DNA of 64,000 nt, taken from positions 23,377 to 87,376 of the forward strand of contig JAHJLB010000033.1 of the NCBI GenBank assembly GCA_018822105.1. The letters run 5' to 3'. A program made the position numbers and the translations under genes. This document shows, one piece after another, positions 8,055 to 17,741 of this stretch. The stretch comes from Pseudomonadota bacterium (GTDB lineage: Bacteria; Desulfobacterota; Desulfovibrionia; Desulfovibrionales; Desulfovibrionaceae). The notes below the pieces were generated by a model, which ran no database searches, was not told the origin of the DNA, and worked only from the letters and a program-made list of their open reading frames with translations. Position 1 is the first letter of the stretch; each line of letters opens with the position of its first letter.

Positions 8055-9926
8055 ATGATTGAGGCGTACATCGGCCTGCTGATCTTCTGGCCCCTGGCCG
8101 CCGGGCTCGCCTGCCTGGGCCTTCGCGGTCCTGGCGCGCGCTCGGCGCTGGTCCTGGCCACCGGCGCTGTTCTGGCCGCCGGCGCGGTCGGCCTGGCCAC
8201 CCAGACCCCGCTGGCCCTGAACCCGGCCTTCCTGTCCTGCGCAACCGCGCTGCACGTGGCCCAGGCCGCGGCCTTCCTGTTTCCGGCCTACTTCCTGTTC
8301 CAGGGCATCCGCGAGAAGCACGGGCTGGTCATGCTCTTCGCCAGCGCCCAGCTGGCCCTGGCCGCCTATGGCGAGTTCGGGCTGCCCGCGCCCCGGGCGG
8401 CCCAGGACGCCGTGTTCTGCGACGGCCTGGCCCTGGCCCTGGTGCTGGTGGCCTCCCTGGTGGGCTCGCTCATCAGCATCTTCGCCCTGCCCTACATGCA
8501 GCGCCATGAGGAGCACCTGCACCTCAAGACCTCGCGCCAGCCGCAGTTCTTCCTCATCCTGCTGGCCTTCCTGGGCCTCATGAACGGCCTGGCCCTGGCG
8601 GGCGACCTGCGCCTGTTCGCGGCCTTCTTCGAGGGCACCACGCTGTGCTCGTATTTGCTCATCGGCCACGACCGCACCGCCGAGGCCAAGAAGAGCGCCC
8701 TGCGCGCCCTGTGGATGAACTGCATGGGCGGCATGTTCCTGCACGCGGGCATCCTCCTCGCCCAGAAGCAGTTCGGCCTGGCCGGCATCCGCGAGCTGGC
8801 CAGCCCGGCCCTGTGGGCCGGCGCCACCCTGCTCCCCCTCGCGCTCATCCTTGTGGCCGCCTGCGTCAAGGCCGCCCAGCTGCCCTTCCAGGCCTGGCTG
8901 CTGGGCGCCATGGTCGCGCCCACGCCGGTCTCGGCGCTTCTGCACTCCAGCACCATGGTCAAGGTGGGCGTGTTCGTGTGCCTGCGCCTGGCCCCGGTGC
9001 TTGAAGGCACCACCACCGGACGCATCCTGACCCTGGCCGGGGCCTTGACCTTCCTGGGCGCTTCCGCCCTGGCCCTGGGCCAGAGCAACGCCAAGAAGAT
9101 CCTGGCTTACTCCACCGCCGCCAACCTGGGGCTGATCATCGCCTGCGCGGGCATCGGCACGCCCACGGCCATCGCCGCGGGAGTGGTGCTGCTGGTCATC
9201 CACGCCGTGACCAAGGGGCTTTTGTTCCTCTGCGTGGGCGACATGGAGCAGACCGTGGGCAGCCGCGACCTGGAGGACCTGCGCGGCATCCTCGCCAAGA
9301 CCCCGCTGACGGCCCTGGCCGCCAGCGCCGGCGCCATGGCCATGATCCTGCCGCCCCTGGGCATGCTGGCGGGCAAATGGGCCGCCCTGGAGGCCGCCAG
9401 CGCCAGCCCCGCGGCCATGGTCATGCTGGCCGTGGGCAGCGCGCTGGGCGTGGTCTGCTGGGTGCGCTTCAGCGGCACCCTCATGGGCGGCGTGGCCGTG
9501 GGCCCGCAGCCCGCGCACGCCTCCGGCCTCACCAGCGGGCCCATCCTGGCCCTGCTGGCCGGGGCCGTGGGCCTGGGCATGGCCGCCCCCTGGCTCAACG
9601 CCCTGCTCCTGCCCGCGGGCCAGGGCAGCCCCCTGGCCGGAGGCTGGGGCCTCCTGCCGCCACTGTTCGCCACGGCCATGCTGGCCTGGATCGCCGGCCT
9701 GAAGGTGCTGGGCCGCCAGAGCCTGCAGCCCCTGGCCGCCCCGTACGTCGGCGGCCTGCCCCAGGCCCGGCCGGGCAGCTTCGTCGGCGCCCTGGGCCGC
9801 AACTGGACCCTGTCCGAGGGCAACGAGTACGCCCCGGAGCTCTTCGGCGAAGCGAAACTGACCAGGCTGGCCGGAGCCCTGGCCATCGCCCTGCTCCTCG
9901 CCCTGGTGGGAGGTGCGCTCATATGA
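8055..9926 (+). CDS. echA: Energy-converting [NiFe] hydrogenase membrane subunit EchA (NuoL/HyfB-like antiporter subunit)
   Basis: 623 aa, polytopic. GGGGG SD. First of six genes in the order L-like, H-like, B-like, C-like, D-like, I-like, which is the Ech gene order. Confidence 0.85.
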   Translation: MIEAYIGLLIFWPLAAGLACLGLRGPGARSALVLATGAVLAAGAVGLATQTPLALNPAFLSCATALHVAQAAAFLFPAYFLFQGIREKHGLVMLFASAQLALAAYGEFGLPAPRAAQDAVFCDGLALALVLVASLVGSLISIFALPYMQRHEEHLHLKTSRQPQFFLILLAFLGLMNGLALAGDLRLFAAFFEGTTLCSYLLIGHDRTAEAKKSALRALWMNCMGGMFLHAGILLAQKQFGLAGIRELASPALWAGATLLPLALILVAACVKAAQLPFQAWLLGAMVAPTPVSALLHSSTMVKVGVFVCLRLAPVLEGTTTGRILTLAGALTFLGASALALGQSNAKKILAYSTAANLGLIIACAGIGTPTAIAAGVVLLVIHAVTKGLLFLCVGDMEQTVGSRDLEDLRGILAKTPLTALAASAGAMAMILPPLGMLAGKWAALEAASASPAAMVMLAVGSALGVVCWVRFSGTLMGGVAVGPQPAHASGLTSGPILALLAGAVGLGMAAPWLNALLLPAGQGSPLAGGWGLLPPLFATAMLAWIAGLKVLGRQSLQPLAAPYVGGLPQARPGSFVGALGRNWTLSEGNEYAPELFGEAKLTRLAGALAIALLLALVGGALI

Positions 9927-10777
9927 ACCTGAACACGTTCTTGCTCGCCCTGGCCGGGCTCGTTTTGGCACCGCTTCTGGGCGGCCTGGCGGCCGGCGTG
10001 GACCGCGTGGTCACGGCCCGGCTGCAGTCGCGCCTGGGCCCGCCCCTGCTGCAGCCCTTCTTTGATGTGGGCAAGCTCATGAGCAAGGCCATCGCCCCGG
10101 CCAGCCACTGGCAGGGGCTCTTCGTGCGCTGGGCGCTCGCCGCCTCCCTGGCCTCGGACGTGCTCCTGGCCGCCGGGGGCGACGTGCTCATGTGCTTCTT
10201 CGTCCAGGCCGCCAGCGCGAGCTTCGTGGCCCTGGGCGCCTTCTGCGGCAGCTCGCCCTACTCCAAGCTCGGCGCCCAGCGCGAGCTGTTCCAGCTCCTG
10301 GCCTACGAGCCGGTGTTCCTGGTGGCCATCCTCTGCATGGCCAAGGCCGCAGGCGGCTTCGACGCCTTCAGCATCATGGCCGCCCAGGGTCCGCTGCTGC
10401 TCAGGCTGCCCCTGGTGGTGCCGGGCCTCGTCTTCGTGGTGCTGGTGAAGCTGCGCAAGAGCCCGTTCGACATCGCGGCCAGCCACCACATGCACCAGGA
10501 GGTGGTGCGCGGCGTGTACACCGACTACGCCGGGCGCGACTTCGCCCTGCTGGAGCTCGCCCACTGGGCGGACGTCACCGTGGTGCTCTGGATCTGCTCC
10601 TTTCTGTGGGCCACGGGCCCGCTGCAGATGCTGGCCACGGGCCTGGCGTTCCTGTTCGCGGCGCTCATCATCGACAACATCAGCGCGCGGCTGACCTGGC
10701 GCACCATGCTGAAGCGCACGGCCCCCCTCACCCTGATCCTGGCCACGGCGAACCTCGTCTGGCTGTATCTGGAGTAA
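9923..10777 (+). CDS. echB: Ech hydrogenase membrane subunit EchB (NuoH-like)
   Basis: ATG 9923 overlaps the echA stop (ATGA). Translation [46 protein letters not shown]. The upstream part of the track ORF is spurious. Confidence 0.85.
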   Translation: MNLNTFLLALAGLVLAPLLGGLAAGVDRVVTARLQSRLGPPLLQPFFDVGKLMSKAIAPASHWQGLFVRWALAASLASDVLLAAGGDVLMCFFVQAASASFVALGAFCGSSPYSKLGAQRELFQLLAYEPVFLVAILCMAKAAGGFDAFSIMAAQGPLLLRLPLVVPGLVFVVLVKLRKSPFDIAASHHMHQEVVRGVYTDYAGRDFALLELAHWADVTVVLWICSFLWATGPLQMLATGLAFLFAALIIDNISARLTWRTMLKRTAPLTLILATANLVWLYLE

Positions 10778-10781
10778 GCCC

Positions 10782-11225
10782 ATGTTCGGATCATTTCTCA
10801 GAGCCTCCCAGGTCAAGAGCCCCTGGCTCCTGCACTTCGACTGCGGCTCGTGCAACGGCTGCGACATCGAGACCCTGGCCTGCCTGACCCCGGTGTACGA
10901 CGTGGAGCGCTTCGGCGTCATCAACGTGGGCAACCCGCGCCACGCCGACGTGCTCGTGGTCACCGGCACCGTGAACCCCAGAAACGCCGCGGTTCTGAAA
11001 AACCTCTACGACCAGATGCCGACGCCCAAGCTGGTCATCGCCGTGGGCGCCTGCGGCTGCTCCGGCGGCGTGTTCCGCGAGGCCCCCAACGTCCTGGGCG
11101 GCATCGACAAGGTCATCCCCGTGGACGTGTACGTTCCCGGCTGCCCGGCCAAGCCCGAGGCCATCATGGACGCCGTGGTCACAGGCCTGGGCAAGCTCAA
11201 GGCCATTCTGGAGGCAAGCAAATGA
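10782..11225 (+). CDS. echC: Ech hydrogenase small subunit EchC (NuoB-like, [4Fe-4S])
   Basis: Motifs CGSCNGCDIE...GACGCSGG...PGCPAKPE. Confidence 0.9.
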   Translation: MFGSFLRASQVKSPWLLHFDCGSCNGCDIETLACLTPVYDVERFGVINVGNPRHADVLVVTGTVNPRNAAVLKNLYDQMPTPKLVIAVGACGCSGGVFREAPNVLGGIDKVIPVDVYVPGCPAKPEAIMDAVVTGLGKLKAILEASK

Positions 11226-11647
11226 GCATCGAAGCATTGCCCGTCGCACCGGCTGACCTGCTGGCCGCGGCGACCCGACTGAAGAACGACGGCTACCGGT
11301 TCGTCACCATGACAAGCGTGGAACTCGACCAGACGAACATGGAGATCCTGTATCACTTCGACAAGAGCCTGGCGCTGAAGAACCTGCGCGTGCCCGTGGA
11401 GAAGGGCGGCGAGCTGCCCTCCATCTCCGGCGTGGTCTTCGCCGCCTTCCTGGTGGAGAACGAGATCCGCGACCAGTACGCCGTCCGCTTCGAGGGGCTG
11501 GTGCTGGACTACCAGGGCAAGCTCTACGCCGAGACCGCGCAGACGGCCGCCAGCTCGCCCTTCTGCAGGTACCACGTCAAGGCCGAGCCCGATCCCGGGC
11601 CCGGCTCCGCGCCCGGCGGTCAGCCCGGCAGTCTGGAGGGCAAGTAG
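11222..11647 (+). CDS. echD: Ech hydrogenase subunit EchD (NuoC-like)
   Basis: ATG 11222 overlaps the echC stop. Translation MSIEALPVAPADLLAAATRLKNDGYRFVTMTSVE; Pro/Gly-rich C-terminal tail. Confidence 0.8.
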   Translation: MSIEALPVAPADLLAAATRLKNDGYRFVTMTSVELDQTNMEILYHFDKSLALKNLRVPVEKGGELPSISGVVFAAFLVENEIRDQYAVRFEGLVLDYQGKLYAETAQTAASSPFCRYHVKAEPDPGPGSAPGGQPGSLEGK

Positions 11648-12724
11648 ATGGCCCGCACGGTGATCCCCTTCGGCCCGCAGCACCCGGTGCTGCCCGAGCC
11701 CATCCACCTGTCCCTGGTCCTGGAGGACGAAAAGGTCGTGGAGGCCCTGCCCACCCTGGGCTACGTGCACCGCGGCCTGGAGATGCTGGCCGTGAAGCGC
11801 GACTACAACCAGATGATCCAGATCGTGGAGCGGGTCTGCGGCATCTGCTCCATGATCCACTCCCTGTGCTACTGCCAGGGCATCGAGGAAATGATGGGCC
11901 TTGAGGCCCCGCGCCGGGCGCGCATGCTGCGCGTGGTCTGGAGCGAGCTGCACCGCCTGCACTCCCACCTGCTCTGGCTGGGGCTGTTTGCCGACAGCTT
12001 CGGCTTCGAGAGCCTCTTCATGCAGCTCTGGAAGATCCGCGAGCGCGTCATGGACCTGAACGAGGCCACCACCGGCAACCGCGTCATCGTCTCGGTGAAC
12101 GTGGTCGGCGGCGTGCGCGCCGATCTGGACGAGGGCCAGGTCCGCTGGATCAAGGACACGCTTGTCGAGGTCGAGGCCAGCATCAGAAGCCTGCAGTCCA
12201 CCATCATGAACGACTCCACCGTGTGCAAGCGCACCAAGGGCATCGGCGTGCTCACCAAGCAGGCCGCCCATGACCTGGGCGCGGCCGGCCCCATGCTGCG
12301 CGGCAGCGGAATAGCCCAGGACATGCGCCAGCTCAAGTACGCCGGCTTCGACGAGCTCGCCTTCGAGCCCGTGGTGGAAACCGCCGGCGACTGCTGGGCG
12401 AGGAGCGCCGTGCGCTTCCGCGAGGCCCTCCAGTCCATCGACCTGGTGCGCCAGGCCCTGGACAAGCTGGAGCCCGGCGACCTGGCCGTGAAGGCCAAGG
12501 GCAGGCCCGAGGGCGAGGTCATCACCCGCGTGGAGCAGCCCCGGGGCGAGTGCCTTTACTACCTGAAGGGCAATGGCAGCCTGTTCCTGGAGCGGGTGCG
12601 CATCCGCACCCCCACCTTCGCCAACATCCCGCCCCTGGCCGCCATCCTGCCGGGGCTGGACTTCGCCGACGTGCCGGTGGTGGTCCTGTCCATCGACCCC
12701 TGCATCAGCTGCACGGAGAGATAG
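11648..12724 (+). CDS. echE: Ech [NiFe] hydrogenase large subunit EchE (NuoD-like)
   Basis: N-terminal RVCGICSMIH and C-terminal DPCISCTER Ni-binding motifs; 358 aa. Confidence 0.92.
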   Translation: MARTVIPFGPQHPVLPEPIHLSLVLEDEKVVEALPTLGYVHRGLEMLAVKRDYNQMIQIVERVCGICSMIHSLCYCQGIEEMMGLEAPRRARMLRVVWSELHRLHSHLLWLGLFADSFGFESLFMQLWKIRERVMDLNEATTGNRVIVSVNVVGGVRADLDEGQVRWIKDTLVEVEASIRSLQSTIMNDSTVCKRTKGIGVLTKQAAHDLGAAGPMLRGSGIAQDMRQLKYAGFDELAFEPVVETAGDCWARSAVRFREALQSIDLVRQALDKLEPGDLAVKAKGRPEGEVITRVEQPRGECLYYLKGNGSLFLERVRIRTPTFANIPPLAAILPGLDFADVPVVVLSIDPCISCTER

Positions 12725-12728
12725 CGCC

Positions 12729-13139
12729 ATGAGAATGCTGCCCACCGTCCTCGCCAACCTGTTCGCCAAGGCCGCCACGCGGAACTATCCGCACTTCGTG
12801 CGCGAGAGCTTCGAGCACGCCCGCGGCGAGCTCGTCAACGACATCAAGGGGTGCATCTTCTGCGGCACCTGCGCCCGCAAATGCCCGTCCCAGTGCCTGA
12901 CCGTCGCCAGGGGCGCCGCCGGGGACAAGACCGAGGGCGCCTGGACCCTGGAGTTCTTCGCCTGCGTGGGCTGCGGGGTGTGCGTGGACGCGTGCCCCAC
13001 GCGCTGCCTGAGCCAGAAGGCCACCCACCGGCCCGTGGCCGTGGAGCGCGCGGTCATCACCCTCACCGGACGGCTGCCGGAAAGGCCCGCCAGGAAGGAC
13101 AACGCCGCGGGCAAGGCCGCAGACAAGACCGAGGCCTAG
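12729..13139 (+). CDS. echF: Ech hydrogenase 2x[4Fe-4S] subunit EchF (NuoI-like)
   Basis: Ferredoxin motifs CIFCGTCARKCP and CVGCGVCVDACP. ATG 12729. Confidence 0.85.
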   Translation: MRMLPTVLANLFAKAATRNYPHFVRESFEHARGELVNDIKGCIFCGTCARKCPSQCLTVARGAAGDKTEGAWTLEFFACVGCGVCVDACPTRCLSQKATHRPVAVERAVITLTGRLPERPARKDNAAGKAADKTEA

Positions 13140-13361
13140 GCCCGCCCAGGGGCCAGGCCCAAGAAGGCCAACGTCCGGCCCGTGGCTGGGCGGGCGCATA
13201 TTCGGCTCTCGCGGTCGGTGGCGGGTGCGCGGGTCAGAACCGGCAGATCGGGCCGGCGGACCGGGTCAGCAGATGGGGTCGGCCGGGTCGGGCCCCAGGG
13301 GCTCTCCGCCCGGCTGGGCCGTGAGGATGCTGTCCACCAACTGGCGGACCTCCGGCAGGCA

Positions 13362-13517
13362 TCATTTGCCCTTGGGATTCTTTGTGGCGCACCGGCTCTG
13401 GCCCGCCTTCAGGGTGGCGCGGATGCGCTCCAGGAGCGTGGACCGGCCGTGATCGGCCAAGTCCTGTTCGATGTCCCTGACTGTAAGGCCGAAGCAGTGG
13501 CAGACAAGTTCATCCAT
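13362..13517 (-). CDS. Small BFD-like domain protein (51 aa)
   Basis: MDELVCHCFGLTVRDIEQDLADHGRSTLLERIRATLKAGQSRCATKNPKGK. GAGAGG upstream of the ATG. Below the size cut-off of the ORF track. Has 3 Cys, not the full 4-Cys set. Confidence 0.5.
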   Translation of the reverse strand: MDELVCHCFGLTVRDIEQDLADHGRSTLLERIRATLKAGQSRCATKNPKGK

Positions 13518-13673
13518 GTGCGGCAACCTCTCGGAAACGCGTACTTCCCTTTGCGCCGAAACTCAAGCCCTGCCGCGCGGGCGCGACCGCTCCTTGACGC
13601 CTTGCCGAGAGGCTCCTACAGAACCATTGTGCCGGCGACGCAATGCCGCGCGCCAAGCTTTTGGAGGCCCACA

Positions 13674-14156
13674 ATGATCCTGGACGCATTGGCCAACTGG
13701 CAGCTCTATTCCGCCCTGCCCGCCTGGAGGCAGGCCTTTGCCTGGCTGGCGGCCCTGGCGCCGGACACGGCCCCGGGCGAGCACATGATCGAGGCCGGGC
13801 AAAGCGGCCGCGACCTTTACGCCGTGGTCTTCGACTTCGACACCAAGAACCTGCTGGACACCACCCTGGAGGCGCACCGGGTCTACGCGGACATCCACAC
13901 GCCCCTCACCGGGCCGGAGGTCCACGCCCGCTTCACCCTGGAGGAGCTGGCCGTGAAGACGCCCTACGACGCGGCCCAGGATGCCGAGCTCTACCAGCAC
14001 CCGGACCGCTTCAACGCCCTGTTCACCCTGCACCCCGGCCAGTTCGCCCTGTACCTGCCGCACGACGCGCACCTCTCCCAGTGCAAGACCAGCCCGGCCC
14101 CCAGAAGCCTGCGCAAGGCCGTGGTCAAGGTCCGCGCCGACCTCCTGCGGCCCTAG
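13674..14156 (+). CDS. YhcH/YjgK/YiaL (DUF386) family protein
   Basis: GGAGG SD then ATG 13674. Translation MILDALANWQLYSALPAWRQAF...LEAHRVYADIHTPLTGPE. The upstream part of the track ORF is non-protein-like. Confidence 0.75.
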   Translation: MILDALANWQLYSALPAWRQAFAWLAALAPDTAPGEHMIEAGQSGRDLYAVVFDFDTKNLLDTTLEAHRVYADIHTPLTGPEVHARFTLEELAVKTPYDAAQDAELYQHPDRFNALFTLHPGQFALYLPHDAHLSQCKTSPAPRSLRKAVVKVRADLLRP

Positions 14157-14162
14157 ACGACC

Positions 14163-15335
14163 GTGGCGCAGAGCCCAGTGGACCCGCCCCCGGCGCACGG
14201 CCGGCCGGCGCTGGCGCAGATCTTCCGCTGCTTCCTGCGCGTGGGGGCCACGGCCTACGGCGGCCCGGCCATGATGCCGCTCATGCGCGAGCACATCCTG
14301 CGCCGCGGCTGGCTCACGGACGAGGGCTTCAAGGTCGGACTCTCAGTCTGCCAGGCCGTGCCCGGCGGCACCCTCATGCAGATGGCCGCCTACACCGGCC
14401 TGACGCTGCGCGGCCTGCCCGGCGCGTTGGCGGGGTTCGTGGGCTTCGGCCTGCCCGCCTTCCTGCTCATCACCGGGCTCTCGGCCCTGTACCACGCCCT
14501 GCAGGGCCTGGCCCTGACCGCCTCGGCCATGCAGGGCCTGTCCGCCGTGGTCCTGGGCATCATCGCCCTGGCCGTCCACGACTTCCGGCTCAAGTACGCC
14601 CGGGGCGCGCGACGCATGGGCCTGACGCTGCTGGCCTGCGGCCTGTTCCTCTACGGGGTCGGCCCGGCCTGGATCATCCTGGGCGCGGCCCTTGCCGGGC
14701 CGGTGGTCTTCCGCGACGAGACCGCCCCGCCGGTCAGCCTGCCGAGCGCCAGGGTGCCCGTGCGCGGGGTGCTCATTCTGGCGGGCGTGGCCGCGGGCTG
14801 GCTTGGGGCGACCCTGTTCCTGGCTCCGGTCCTGTTCAAGCTCTCCGTGTCCATGGGCCGGGCCGACCTCATCGCCTTTGGCGGCTACGGGGTGTTCCCG
14901 GCCCTGTACCACGAGGCCGTGGACCTGCGGCAGTGGATGGGCGCGGCCACCTTCATGGACGGCATGGCCCTGGCCCAGGTGACGCCCGGCCCGTTCATGC
15001 TCGGGGCCTGCTTCGTGGGCTACCACGTGGCCGGGCTCTGGGGCGCGCTCACGGCGGGCATCTGGATCTTCACGCCGTCCTTCTTTATCCTCATGCTCAC
15101 GGTGCCCAGCGCGGGCCGGCTGCTGGCCTGGCAGCCCTTCCGCCGGGCGCTGGCGGGCGTGCTCTCGACCCTGGGCGGGCTCATCCTGGCCGTGGGCATA
15201 GAGCTGGCCCGGGGCATGGACTGGTCCGTCCCCAAGGCCGCGCTTTGCCTGGCGGCGGCCGTGGCCCTGTGGAAGCGGGTGGACCCCATCTGGGTGGTGC
15301 TCTGCGGGGTGGGGCTGGGGGTCTGGCTGTTCTGA
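14163..15335 (+). CDS. chrA: Chromate transporter family protein (two CHR domains)
   Basis: 390 aa. FLRVGATAYGGPAMMPLMREHIL...GLSVCQAVPGGTLMQMAAY and a second repeat LAQVTPGPFMLGACFVGY. Confidence 0.85.
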   Translation: MAQSPVDPPPAHGRPALAQIFRCFLRVGATAYGGPAMMPLMREHILRRGWLTDEGFKVGLSVCQAVPGGTLMQMAAYTGLTLRGLPGALAGFVGFGLPAFLLITGLSALYHALQGLALTASAMQGLSAVVLGIIALAVHDFRLKYARGARRMGLTLLACGLFLYGVGPAWIILGAALAGPVVFRDETAPPVSLPSARVPVRGVLILAGVAAGWLGATLFLAPVLFKLSVSMGRADLIAFGGYGVFPALYHEAVDLRQWMGAATFMDGMALAQVTPGPFMLGACFVGYHVAGLWGALTAGIWIFTPSFFILMLTVPSAGRLLAWQPFRRALAGVLSTLGGLILAVGIELARGMDWSVPKAALCLAAAVALWKRVDPIWVVLCGVGLGVWLF

Positions 15336-15437
15336 GGGCCTGGGGTGACCTGGTGGAGTGGCGGGCTGTCGCCCTCTTGGCCTTCGCCCTGCGCGACCGC
15401 CTCCGGCGCCAGGGGCGATATGCCTATATCCCGGGGG

Positions 15438-16106
15438 CTAGAGCGCGCCGGTGATGCGGCCGTCCTCCAGCAGGAGCACGGCATCCGCGCAGGACTTGAG
15501 CCAGTCCACGTCGTGGCTGGCGATGACCAGGGTCGTGCCCTGGTCGCGCCGGGCCGCCAGGGCCGCGGCCTTGACGTGCGCCGTGCTGGCGCGGTCCAGG
15601 CCCGCGGTGGGCTCGTCGAGCAGCAGCGCCTCGGGCCGCAAGACCAGCCGCGCGGCCAGGGCCACGCGCCGGGCCTCGCCCCCGGAGAGCTCGCGCCAGG
15701 GGCGCTGGCCAAAGGCCGCGAAATCCAGGCCCACCAGGGCCAGGGCCTGGGCCAGCAGGGGCTCCGGCGCGTCCTGTCCGCGCAGGCGCAGGCCATAGGC
15801 CACGTTGGCCGCCACGGAGCGCTTGAGCAGGCAGGTGTCCTGGCCCAGGAGCACGGCCCGGCGGCGCAAGAGGTGCCCGACGCGCAGGGCCGCGGCGTCC
15901 ACCCTCTGGCCGTCGAAAACCAGCTCGCCCGCGCGCGGCGCGAGCAGAAAGCCCAGCAGCCCCAAGAGGGTGCTCTTGCCGCTGCCGTTGTGGCCGGCCA
16001 GGCCCAGGATGCCGCCGCGCGCCACGTCCAGCTCCGGCACGGAGAGCACCACCGCGCCGTTGTAGGCGGCCTCCACCCCGCGCAGCCGGTACAGGGGCGC
16101 GCTCAC
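15438..16106 (-). CDS. tupC: Tungstate-type ABC transporter ATP-binding protein
   Basis: GTG 16106 overlaps the tupB stop (GTGA). GHNGSGKSTLL, LSGGEARRV and LLLDEPTAGLD. The upstream part of track ORF 15438..16583 is a different gene's shadow. Confidence 0.85.
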   Translation of the reverse strand: MSAPLYRLRGVEAAYNGAVVLSVPELDVARGGILGLAGHNGSGKSTLLGLLGFLLAPRAGELVFDGQRVDAAALRVGHLLRRRAVLLGQDTCLLKRSVAANVAYGLRLRGQDAPEPLLAQALALVGLDFAAFGQRPWRELSGGEARRVALAARLVLRPEALLLDEPTAGLDRASTAHVKAAALAARRDQGTTLVIASHDVDWLKSCADAVLLLEDGRITGAL

Positions 16107-16861
16107 GGCCTGCCCCCACGGCCCGCCGCGCCGGAAGCAGACCTGCCGCCCTGCCGGACGCCCGGGGAGCCATTGGCCCTGCCGCGCAGCAGCCCCACCA
16201 GCAGGTTCACCACCAGGGCCACGATCATGAGCACGATGCCCAGGGCGATGCCCGTGGCGAACTCGCCCTTGCCGGTTTCCAGCGCGATGGCCGTGGTGAT
16301 AGTGCGCGTCTGCCACTTGATGTTGCCGCCCACCATCATGGCGATGCCGACCTCGGAAACGATGCGGCCGAAGGCCGTGGCCGCGGCCAGGGCCATGGCG
16401 AAGCGCGCCTCCAGGAGCGTGGCCGCCAGCAGCTGCCAGCGGTCCGCGCCCAGGGAGAGCACGGCCCGGGTCAGGCGCGTGTCCGTGGACTCCACGGCCG
16501 TGGCGGTCATGGCGATGATGATGGGCAGGCCCAGCAGTGTGAGGCCCAGGGCCATGCCCGGCACGCTGAACAGAAGGCCCCACTGGCCCAGGGGCCCGCG
16601 GGCGGTCAAGAGCGCGTAGACGATGAGGCCGATGACCACCGTGGGCAGGGAGAGCATCCAGTCCACGAACAGGCGCGCGCCCCGGCGGCCGGGAAAGCGG
16701 AAATGCCCCAGGGCGAATCCCAGGGGCAATCCCAAGATGAGGCTTGCGGCCAGGGCCAGGGCCGTGACGCTGGCCGTGGTCCAGACCGCCGAGAAGGTCT
16801 CGGGGTCCAGCGCCAAAAGCAGCGCCACGGCCCTGGTGAAGCCGTCGGCAAAATAATCCAT
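16103..16861 (-). CDS. tupB: ABC transporter permease (TupB-like)
   Basis: 252 aa, polytopic. Sits between the binding-protein and ATPase genes. Confidence 0.85.
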   Translation of the reverse strand: MDYFADGFTRAVALLLALDPETFSAVWTTASVTALALAASLILGLPLGFALGHFRFPGRRGARLFVDWMLSLPTVVIGLIVYALLTARGPLGQWGLLFSVPGMALGLTLLGLPIIIAMTATAVESTDTRLTRAVLSLGADRWQLLAATLLEARFAMALAAATAFGRIVSEVGIAMMVGGNIKWQTRTITTAIALETGKGEFATGIALGIVLMIVALVVNLLVGLLRGRANGSPGVRQGGRSASGAAGRGGRP

Positions 16862-16885
16862 ATGCCTCCGCTGTGGTCCGCCCCC

Positions 16886-17701
16886 CTACTTGGCGTTGGG
16901 GGTAAAGAGCTGCTTGCCCTCAAGCTTGAAGTCGGCGATGGCCTTCTGCCCGGCCTTGGACAAAAACCAGGCCTCAAGCTTCTTGGCGGCCGCGTGCTTG
17001 ATCTTGTCGCACCTGGGCGCCAGCTGGATGATGCTGTACTGGTTGAGCAGGGCCTTGTCACCCTCGGAGAGGATGGCCAGGCCGGACTTGCCGTGGTCCT
17101 TGGCCTCGAAGGAGATCCAGGTGCCGCGGTCGGTGAGGGTGTAGGCGCCGCGCTCGGCGGCCATGCGCAGGGTGGCCAGCATGCCCTGGCCCACGCCGAT
17201 GTACCAGGACTCCTTGTCCGGCAGCGGCAGATCGGCGACCTTCCAGAGGCCCTTCTCCATCTTGTGCGTGCCGGAGTCGTCGCCGCGGCTGGCAAAGGGG
17301 GCCTTGGCCCCGGCGATGGCCTTCAGCGCGTCAGCCACGCCCTTGCCCTTGATCCGGGCCGGGTCCTTGGCCGGCCCCACCAGCACGAAGTCGTTGTACA
17401 TGAACTCCATGCGCGAGACGCCATGCCCCTCGTCGATGAATTTCTTCTCCGCGCCGGGCGCATGCACCATGAGCACGTCCACGTCGCAGTTCTTGCCGTG
17501 CTCCAGGGCCTTGCCCGTGCCCACGGCGATCCAGCGCATCTCCAGGCCAGTGTCCTTGAGGATCTTCGGCACCAGGGCGTCGAGCAGCCCGGTGTCCGCG
17601 GTGCTGGTGGTGGTGCCCACCAGGATGGTCTCGGCGGCCAGGGCCGCGCCGGCAAAGGCCAGGGTCAGGCCCAGGGCCAGGATGAGGGACAGTCTGCGCA
17701 T
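16886..17701 (-). CDS. tupA: Periplasmic tungstate-binding protein TupA
   Basis: ATG 17701 with GGAGAG SD. Signal peptide MRRLSLILALGLTLAFAGAALA. VGTTTSTADTGLLD (TTTS motif) and SRGDDSGTH. Confidence 0.85.
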   Translation of the reverse strand: MRRLSLILALGLTLAFAGAALAAETILVGTTTSTADTGLLDALVPKILKDTGLEMRWIAVGTGKALEHGKNCDVDVLMVHAPGAEKKFIDEGHGVSRMEFMYNDFVLVGPAKDPARIKGKGVADALKAIAGAKAPFASRGDDSGTHKMEKGLWKVADLPLPDKESWYIGVGQGMLATLRMAAERGAYTLTDRGTWISFEAKDHGKSGLAILSEGDKALLNQYSIIQLAPRCDKIKHAAAKKLEAWFLSKAGQKAIADFKLEGKQLFTPNAK

Positions 17702-17741
17702 GATGCTCTCCTTCTTGTTTGTGTTGGGCGCAAGCCCGAGG

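Noticed and set aside
7002-9971. 989-aa minus-strand ORF spanning the end of the envelope operon and all of echA.
   Set aside because: The translation is Gly/Ala/Arg/Gln/Pro-rich and low-complexity with no recognisable motifs. It lies exactly opposite well-supported plus-strand genes. This is a typical high-GC shadow frame.
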